Assembly (NCBI GenBank): GCA_964247055.1
Contig: OZ176052.1
Span: forward strand, 3,162,001-3,226,000
Direction: 5' to 3'
DNA length: 64,000 nucleotides
Source of the DNA: Paragordius varius
Lineage: Eukaryota; Animalia; Nematomorpha
Shown in pieces: positions 55,901-64,000 of the stretch. Under the pieces are notes generated by a model that searched no databases, was not told the origin of the DNA, and saw nothing but the letters and a program-made list of their open reading frames with translations. How positions within the stretch are numbered: position 1 is the first letter of the stretch; every line of letters starts with the position of its first letter. A program made the position numbers and the translations under genes.

Positions 55901-56367
55901 ATTAAAATATGGCAATGAATAAGTATTAAATTTAAGACTTACGACGTTTCCATCTTTATCTTTTTCAGGCGGACCTAAGCTTTAGATAAATGAATTAAAC
56001 CAAATGTAAAGATTATAAATAAGAGTGAGCCTCCAATAAAAACAGAAAGGGATATTATTGAATATTTCATCATTTTAAGGGTCATTTGATCTCGCCTTTT
56101 CTTTTCTTCATCGTATTTATTTTGATCTTCTTCGGATTTTTTTTGATTTAAGGCCAATGAATCAAAAATATTTAACTTGGGTTTTTCTGATAACTTGGTA
56201 TCTTTTGTTTGTGTTACATCATTGGTAATAGCACCCGTATAAAAACGTATGGATAGGGGAGTGAAATATAATTTTGGGTAATATCGTTGCTTTTGATAAA
56301 TAAGAGGCGAATTTAAATCATAATGCTTCATTAAATGTCTAAAAAGTGCTATATTGTTTTTCCACAT
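52930..56367 (-). CDS. TIMM50: Mitochondrial import inner membrane translocase subunit TIM50 (10 exons)
   Basis: Exons 56001-56367, 55943-55974, 55862-55883, 55776-55834, 55630-55749, 55051-55158, 54797-54895 (GC donor), 54196-54352, 53524-53633 and 52930-53028. Motifs [63 protein letters not shown] and VEDVRDVI; transit peptide and one TM helix in exon 1. Confidence 0.97.
53985..54170. repeat. ~55-bp direct repeat pair in a TIM50 intron
   Basis: AACAACTA..TTAAAATTTATTAAAGAACTCTTAGTATC.TCCAAAAAAAGCTTT occurs at ~53987 and ~54112. Confidence 0.8.
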
Positions 56368-56430
56368 TTATTGGGTTATTTTTGAACCAACACCTGATTT
56401 TATGGCTTTCCAATATTTTTATTTTTAAAA

Positions 56431-57363
56431 ATGAAAATTTCTGATCAAGCCTCTACCCTAATTTTTAACATTGGGGCTGTTATGGTGGCCCTTATTCAAG
56501 GATGTTTTTTAAACTATTATATATATCGATATCAAAAATCCATGTTTTTCTACTTTTGCTATTTTGATATCGTTTTAATCATTATCATATCTGGTTTATG
56601 GAAATGGACTCATTTTAAAATAACCGAGGTCCTAGATAAACAGAACGTTAGGCGATATGGATTATTCCTTCATTGGGATTCTAATTTTTGGTTTTTCTAC
56701 TCAGTATTTCTAATTATTCGATTAGCATTCATCTCAAAAACTATTGCTCCGAATATTGATGAAAATATGTATTTTGGTTCTACCGCATTAAAATTAATTA
56801 TGGCTCTATCTTCAATTGTTTTTATCCTTATCGCTTTAAGAGATTTACATTCTACAAATTACGAATTTAGTGCCGAAATTAAAATGGTTTTATTTTCTGT
56901 TCCCCTTAACATATTTGACAGTGTGGATATTTTGGAGGTACTTTTTTACAAAGACACAAAGCTTGAAAGAAATTGGATCATAGAAAATATTATGATTATA
57001 TTAGGGTGTATTAATTTTATCCTACCTTATTTAAATATTCTCTATCTTGATCTCATTGTACATCGGGAAAAGTATCCAACTTTTTACAAGTTTGGTACAT
57101 TCATTCAAGTGTTTTACAAACTTTTTGGGCTATTCTTATTGAACATTCCCTATTTCGTAATAAGGATTGTGGTTTGGATTACATTTGATCATCACATTTC
57201 AACGTTTGCCATAAAAAATGTGCTTTGTACATTTCTAGATTTTCTCGAGTTACTCATGTTAATTGAAACACTTAATAGGCTTCCTTCAAAGTCGGCTCCT
57301 GGAGGGAAAACCGATTATACTCCTGTAGTAAATGACTTACCTACAAAAACTGCACTTGAATAA
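56431..57363 (+). CDS. TMEM121/CECR6-family multi-pass membrane protein, paralog 1 (intronless)
   Basis: 310-aa ORF with about 6-7 hydrophobic segments. Motifs IFDSVDILEVLF, CINFILP, LNIPYFVIR and FAIKNV resemble invertebrate TMEM121/CECR6 as I recall it. Confidence 0.75.
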   Translation: MKISDQASTLIFNIGAVMVALIQGCFLNYYIYRYQKSMFFYFCYFDIVLIIIISGLWKWTHFKITEVLDKQNVRRYGLFLHWDSNFWFFYSVFLIIRLAFISKTIAPNIDENMYFGSTALKLIMALSSIVFILIALRDLHSTNYEFSAEIKMVLFSVPLNIFDSVDILEVLFYKDTKLERNWIIENIMIILGCINFILPYLNILYLDLIVHREKYPTFYKFGTFIQVFYKLFGLFLLNIPYFVIRIVVWITFDHHISTFAIKNVLCTFLDFLELLMLIETLNRLPSKSAPGGKTDYTPVVNDLPTKTALE

Positions 57364-58879
57364 AATTTTATTGTTAGCTGGCAAAAAACAATTATTAAAA
57401 TCTCAATACATTATAATATTTCTATGCCATATTAATTCACACCTGGTGCAATATTTTATCAAATTTTTATTTATCAATTTATTTTTACATAGCACTCGAT
57501 TGTAGAATTCCAACAAATAAATTTATTTATACATATATATCATACAATATGTATTTCCCATATTTTATGATAACATAGGAACGCTTAAAAAATAATGTAA
57601 CATTTAAGAATGGCTTCTAAATAAGGCCCGACATTGAAACTGGAACCTGGATCGGCAGATTCAAAATATTAAAAAGGATCTAAGCCAGGTTTTTTATAAA
57701 TTTCAAACCAGATCCAGTTTTGTAGAATTGGGATTATGAGGAATTATTTTAGGGAGATGCTAATGATTTTTTATGACAAGATTGGATACTCTTTGCATAG
57801 GTGTGTTCAGAAAGTAAACAAAGTTAAAACCAAATTACTAGGTTTAACTTCCAAACATTAAAAAATTAAGACTTCAATGGTGTTGAAAAGCAAGCAAAAA
57901 TAGGTGCTTATGAGTAGATTTAATCTGATTTAAGCGCATTTTTTTCAATGTTTAACGCTAATGTATCGATCTTAAGTGTAATTATATATAGGGCTGTTAT
58001 ACAATCCCATCTCAGCAAATTGCCCACTGGAATTTAAAAGGGTTTTCATCATGAGAGAATAATGTTAATTGATGGGTAATATACATTAAAGAGATAAAAT
58101 TAAACGTTTCCACACAAGGCAATAATTGAGAAATCAGTCAAGAATTAAGTAGTGAAAGTACTAGAAAACTGTATAAGGTAAACGTGTTATAATGGTTTGT
58201 TACAGAATTTACCAATAATATAAATATACCAAACGATGGAGTATTGTGTGGTAACGACGAAAAGGTTTGTTAAATAATATTTGTATGCACGTCGTAATAA
58301 GGCGGAGTAAAAAACTAAATTTATTAAAATCTTAAATTTTCGCAGGCATCGTTAGGACTTAAAAAAATAAACCTAAAATAAAAAAAATTAATACACTTGA
58401 TATGAATTTTTTAGGTAAATTGGTCATAATCGAAATTTTCACAATTATATATTAATAAAAGATTTTTAGGCTGGTTTTGTAATAAGTGAGTTTTCCATTC
58501 TGTTATTACCAGATAGGTAAATGTTATCGTGACTTTATTTTTTATAAATTTGTTTTCATTCGATAAAGATTACTACTAGTAAAAATAAATTCATGATGTT
58601 TATACAGATTCTTTTGTTTGAATGGTCATATAATTCTCAAGCGTAATAAAATTTGTCATTTGAATTAAATGCAATTATAGAAAAACGTCATCAATATAAA
58701 ATTGAACGAAGACAAACTAAAATGCCATAAAGTTTATTTATTCTAAATAAATTATTAATTGAGATGCAATTACCGAGTATAACTTTTACTATTCTCTCAT
58801 AAAATATTTCAAACTACTAATTATGTCAATTAAGTTTTCTACCCAATTTATTAGTTATATGTTCTTTGCCCGACACATC

Positions 58880-59170
58880 AAAGTTATTTACCATTTCAAA
58901 TAATTTATTAACAGTTGTAACGAAAACTAATCTGACAATTAAATGAAAATTATTTTTAAACTGTAAATATAAATGTGCGAAACCCTTCATCAAATCGTAC
59001 AGACTAGTTTCGTGCTTGTTAACATCATCAGTACAAAACAATTTGACATGGGGTTTTCACATATCAATTTATACATCCCTTTTTGCAATTTTGGTATAAA
59101 TGTAGTCGGTTATACGAATATAAATTAAACTTATATAGCAGTTATGAAAATTAAACTGAAAATTAGAAAA
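58880..59170 (-). mobile_element. Second Penelope-like terminal relic with degenerate hammerhead (59002-59031)
   Basis: Minus strand reads GUA-CUGAUGA-UGUU-AACA-AGCAC-GAAA-CUA-GUC-UGUAC. Flanks are homologous to 52000-52330, with one ~130-bp block inverted. Confidence 0.6.
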
Positions 59171-59600
59171 TTAACATTAAGCAAAACCCTAGATTTCGAG
59201 AATAGCTACTTAGGATTTTGTAGTTATCAATTTAATTAACTTAGCATCACTCTTTTTGTTGGTGTTATATTTTTCATTAAAGAAATCCTAAATTAATATC
59301 CGAGCAATACATGTGTACAAGGGTGAATTTGGATTGTAAATGGTATATGTTACAATCTTAACATGTGATTTTACAATAAAGTCCAGAAAATCATATTATG
59401 AATGATATTTTCTCGTATTTTTTTCAATAACATTGATAAATTTTAAAAAGCTCTTCTAGCATAGCTTATATTAACAAAGTTATTTTTCTTTATACACTTA
59501 AAACACAATGGCTATGAACATAAACAATTACTTTACTTAATATACAATATATGTTGATATTTTAAAAAAAATCTAATTTTTGTTTTAAAATTAGACATTG

Positions 59601-60545
59601 ATGACAATTAATCGATTTTCCATTTATCTCTTCAAAATTGCGGCAAACATTATTGCCCTTACTCAAGGATCACTCCTAAATTACTACATTTATCGTTATG
59701 ATCGGTCCAATTTCATCTATTTTTGTTCCCTTGATGTCATACTATTGATTATAGTTTCTGGGGTGTGGAGATTGGCTCGTGTACAAATTGCACGCATATT
59801 AGCACAGCGAAACCAGCAGGCCTATGGATTATTTTTGTGTTGGGATCTCAATTTCTGGTTATTTTATTCCATGTTTTTGATTGCTCGTATTGCTTACATA
59901 TCAAAAACGATTGTACCCACGATAGATGATGACGATGGTGTAGATTTTGGGGCAACGACACTCAAACTAATTATTTCGTTGTCAAGCATCGTTTTTATCC
60001 TTATAGCGTTGCGGGATCTTCATTATACCAGCCATGAATGTAGCAGTGAAATAAAAAATGTACTTTTTTCCATTCCTCTGGACTTGTTCGATAGTATCGA
60101 CATTTTGGAGGTTCTGTTTGCCAAAAATAAAGAATTCCAACCAACACCGACCATTGAAAATATTGTGATTGCACTTGCGTGTTTAAATTTTATCCTACCT
60201 TACGCCAATATTTTGTATCTGGATCTCTTGGTGCACAAAGATAAATATGTTATGTTCGTTAAGTTTGGTCCAACCATACAAGTTTGTCACAAACTGTTTG
60301 GACTTTTCTTGCTTAATGTCCCCTATTTCGTCATGAGGATTGTGGTATATATTACGTTGGATCACCATGTCTCCACGTTTGCCATTAAAAATGTCCTCTG
60401 TACCTTTTTAGATTTCTTGGAATTTGTTATGTTAATTAAATCGCTTAAGCGTGCACAACCCCTCTTGCTTCCCCGTAAAGAAGAAAATGGATATAAACCA
60501 ATCGATCAAGTGGAGGAAGATGCAATTAGCAATCAAATAGATTAA
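59601..60545 (+). CDS. TMEM121/CECR6-family protein, paralog 2 (intronless)
   Basis: ~314-aa ORF, colinear with paralog 1 and sharing long identical blocks (SSIVFILIALRDLH, NFILPY, FAIKNVLCTFLDFLE). Start is the first ATG at 59601. Confidence 0.75.
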   Translation: MTINRFSIYLFKIAANIIALTQGSLLNYYIYRYDRSNFIYFCSLDVILLIIVSGVWRLARVQIARILAQRNQQAYGLFLCWDLNFWLFYSMFLIARIAYISKTIVPTIDDDDGVDFGATTLKLIISLSSIVFILIALRDLHYTSHECSSEIKNVLFSIPLDLFDSIDILEVLFAKNKEFQPTPTIENIVIALACLNFILPYANILYLDLLVHKDKYVMFVKFGPTIQVCHKLFGLFLLNVPYFVMRIVVYITLDHHVSTFAIKNVLCTFLDFLEFVMLIKSLKRAQPLLLPRKEENGYKPIDQVEEDAISNQID

Positions 60546-60919
60546 AAACTATACACGCATGATTTTTGGTGAATAAAAACACAATTTTTTTTAATTTTAA
60601 GGATCTCAATCATGTTGCGACGTCGTTTACTAATTTAAAATAAATAAAAAAATTCATTAATAATTATTAAAACAGTACTATCTTTTGTGCGTATACTTTA
60701 GTTAGTTGACCCAAATTATGCGAAAAACAATTTTTATAACAATATTTGTGCGTATAGACATAAAAATGATCAAATTTTTTTAAATCTATTAATTATATTG
60801 AAAACGTTATTAAAACTTATATGTTTCTTCAGTATTTGCGTATGAATAGTGGGCGAAATAGCTAAATTAAGAAATATATTTGTATCACGCGTTCAGAAAA
60901 AGAAATTCCTTCTAAATAC

Positions 60920-62040
60920 CAGGGGTAGTCATATTTTTTACCGATTTATCGGGATAAAAAAAGCATGTGTTAAACGGATATCAATTTTATTATATTCAAA
61001 TATTGTCAATCGGCTTTTACACAAGCCCATCTCTCAGGTATCATATAAATGCCGTGCCAAAAAACTCATTGTCTTTGAAGAAAACCCTTTATCAAGCCAT
61101 TTTTTAACGTTTCAAAAATATTGAAGTAATCTGCGAGGTTAATCCCATTGGAAGTTGTAATAGTCAAATGATGCCAGGTAAAGCGAGTACTGCGGATGCA
61201 AAAAATTTCTCATCGAGACAATAAGTCTCATTCATTGGTTTTGCTGTGCTGGAGCATTGTTTTGCGATGAAATCGCTTTGCCGAATCCTCGGGATTCCGG
61301 TCTTCGATTAATACATGGTTTAAATTAATTATTTGCTAGCGATAACGTTGTGTCTTAACGGTTTTACGGGTTTATAAGCTCATAATTAAGAGAACCGCTC
61401 TAAGAACAGGGCTTGCTTCTTGCCAAAGTCATTTGGCCTTGTGCCGGATTGGCAAGGTAAAGGCCACATTTTTTTCCACTAGATTTACAAAGCCACTTAT
61501 CATCACCCGTCCCGATTCAATGCAAAAATGATTTTTTTATGGAGTTCAAGTAGGTTCCCAAGTCATTTTGAGATCTGACGTTTATTGTGTGGGACCCCAT
61601 AGGTTATTAATGATCGTAGACATCTATTGACTGTTTTTGGTAATATTTTGCCATTTGTTTTTCGGATCCTAAAATTATTTTTGCAGTTTAGCGTCTTTGC
61701 AATTGTGTGGTTTACCCGAGCGCCCACTCACATGAAATTACAACTTTAATATTTGCAAACGATGTCAGACAAGTTACACGTAGATCATACTCATCACATC
61801 TTTCTGCAAGCACACGATAACTTTCAATCTTTTTCTTCTGATGGCAAAGCCTGCCGTGCCGCAAATGTTCTTTTTGAACGTTCATGGTAAAAATAAGCCG
61901 CTATTTTTGGGAACTCAACAGGTGTCTGTTTGTCTTTTGATGTCAAATGAACATAAAGTCAGTATCAAATGAATCGTCTGCGTACTCTTCACTAACGCTT
62001 TCTCTCAGTTAAACAGGTAATAACTTATAATTCCACCTAG
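60920..62040 (-). mobile_element. Second decayed mariner copy, related to 45999-47123
   Basis: Colinear nucleotide similarity, e.g. GGATGC.AAA.AATTTCTCATCG, CGTCCCGATTCAA.GCA, GAGCGCCCAC and AATCGTCTGCGTA. Minus frame reads GGRSGKPHNCK. TIRs are eroded, so the ends are approximate. Confidence 0.7.
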
Positions 62041-62876
62041 CATATAATATATATATATATATATATATTACGACATATCTAAACATGATTTATTAATTTG
62101 GATTCCAAGAAATTTATATAATCCTTGATTGCAATATCATAATCTAAATTTGTTGAAATGGCAAACTCACAACAATCATTTTGTTGCTTTATAGAAACAT
62201 GTATGGCAGCACGCTGTAAGGGGCTTATGTTAGAATAATTGAGCTAATAAAAAAATATAAGCAAAAATTATTAGATTGTACGATGATGTTTATACAAGAT
62301 AATTAAATATTGTCTGTAAATATTTTACAGTCCATCATGAATGTTTTTAAATAATAATGGGTAAAAAATAAATTTGGCTAAAATATCATGACATTTTAAT
62401 ATTTAAAGCAGTAGTGGACCACATAAAATTTGCAAGCCAGGTCTAAGATCGTTTATTGTTAAAAAATCGCTAAACAATAACTATTATTACGAATATATTT
62501 TCAAACCAAAAATGATTTTTGATTAATTATTTGCAACCAGCGTAAAATTATTAAGGGTGAGTTTATGGTTAAAACGAGATAATAATAATAATACAATAAT
62601 AAGCTATAGGCATTATCATATTGTTAATTTCAGATTCAATAATTTATGTTAGCAATATACATATACTTTTAAACTAGACTCACTCAAAAATTTATGACAA
62701 AAAATATAATTTTATAAAATCAAATAAATTAGAAATCCACATTTGGAATATATAAGGCGATTTTTGCACAAAATATAAGATTTTGATTCGATGAATAAAT
62801 TTAACCATGACCTATTTTACATATTTACGTTTAATTCAATAAATATGGATATACGTCAAAATATTAAGTAAAATAC

Positions 62877-63832
62877 CCAATCTATAAGTATGGAATATAG
62901 GGCATTAGGGTTTTCGGACAGATATCTTTGTTTCATAATTTGAATTATTATATAAACAGGGATTTGACAAGAATATTCTAATTCATATATTAATAAAATT
63001 TTATTAAATGGGTTGTTTTTAATATAAAAATGTAATTATACCCAAAAATTGAAACGTTTTTGTCTTTAATGTTTCGACCACATTTTGGACAAGATTTGAG
63101 ATATTTGGGTCAGCATTCAACGATTCAATAAATATTGTAAACCAAAATGGAGATACTGTTTGTAAACCTAAATAAATAAAAAATCAAAAAAATTTTATTT
63201 CAAAAATTAGTTAAGTATAATATACCAAGCAAGTTTCTTTTATCAAGAAGATATATATCGATATCTTTGCATATAATTTGGAAAATAAGTTTATAATATT
63301 CAAACGACGTGTTATCCACAATTTCAGTGGTAATATTTTCACTATTAGTGGTTTGAATTGGTTGTAACAAAATGGATTGTAAAAATTGACAATATTTTTT
63401 CAATGTTGTTCGGTTTAAAACATTTTGAGAGTATGTATAAGTGTGATAGAAAAGGCGAGATAAATAGTGTATGTAACACATTGGGGCATTGCTAAATCTA
63501 ATATCATTATTTTTTATATAATACATGAAATCTAAAAATATATTCTTACAATATTTAACATGCTTTTTGTAAAAAATCAATGTCGGCCATTAAAAACAAA
63601 TCATTTTTTCAACATTATAACAGTATTTTTACTTTTATTGATGACTAAAGTAATTATAGCAAAATATTTTAAAACATACTCCGATATTTCGGATTGCATA
63701 TACTTTGCGGAGGATAATTGCATTTCAAAATCCTAAAATATAATTTTTAAATACTTTCGAAGAAACTTTTTCTACATCTCCAGAGATGGTATTTGGAAGT
63801 ACCAAGTCAACTTCAGCCAAAACAAAAAATGC
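62877..63832 (-). CDS. Internal exons of an unidentified multi-exon gene
   Basis: Exons 63226-63531, 63042-63167 and 62877-62977 join in phase by GT-AG introns of 58 and 64 nt (...LLDKRNLL/GLQTVSPFWFTIFIESL.../EYSCQIPVYII...). Upstream candidates 63680-63732 and 63755-63832 have unresolved phase. No family recognised. Confidence 0.55.
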
Positions 63833-64000
63833 CTAAATAAAATTATCAAAACACATAAAATGTATACCATAAAAACAAAATATAACATACGAAATTTAAC
63901 AAAATACTACCATCGATAAGCATAAATCGCTATGTTTCCCTTGACTTTTAGTTATGCTAACACATAGGTGCCTTGCAAAATTGATTAACCAACCATATTT

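Noticed and set aside
1-64000. tRNA, rRNA or snRNA genes, and prokaryotic operon or defence-system features
   Set aside because: No T-loop/cloverleaf or rRNA signature was seen by eye, and the genes are spliceosomal-intron-containing eukaryotic genes.

Overview
Very AT-rich, intron-containing eukaryotic nuclear DNA. The gene content points to an invertebrate animal, but the species cannot be identified from sequence alone. Gene models were built by hand from GT-AG boundaries, reading phase and remembered family motifs; no database searches were run. Genes: tail of a Pro-rich gene (+, 2-91); prohormone-4/IDLSRF-like LDLa neuropeptide precursor (-, 696-15928); mitochondrial transcription factor B, TFB2M-like (-, 18973-26897); ANKRD49 (+); mitochondrial IF2 (-, 29337-49104); TIM50 (-); two intronless TMEM121/CECR6-family paralogs (+); part of an unknown multi-exon gene at the right edge (-). 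Introns and spacers carry a decayed Buster-type hAT with a perfect 8-bp TSD, a 1.24-kb foldback element, a dead RTE LINE, two mariner relics, a MITE family and two Penelope-type minimal hammerhead ribozyme motifs. Three observations stand out. (1) Nine ultra-short GT-AG introns of 22-30 nt cluster at the 5' ends of the three mitochondrial-protein genes; seven are strictly needed to keep conserved reading frames open, while other introns in the same genes reach 12.7 kb. (2) A ~2,137-aa, nearly Cys-free, secreted orphan protein rich in dibasic sites is nested antisense in that 12.7-kb MTIF2 intron. (3) Two divergent gene pairs have start codons only 43 and 63 bp apart.
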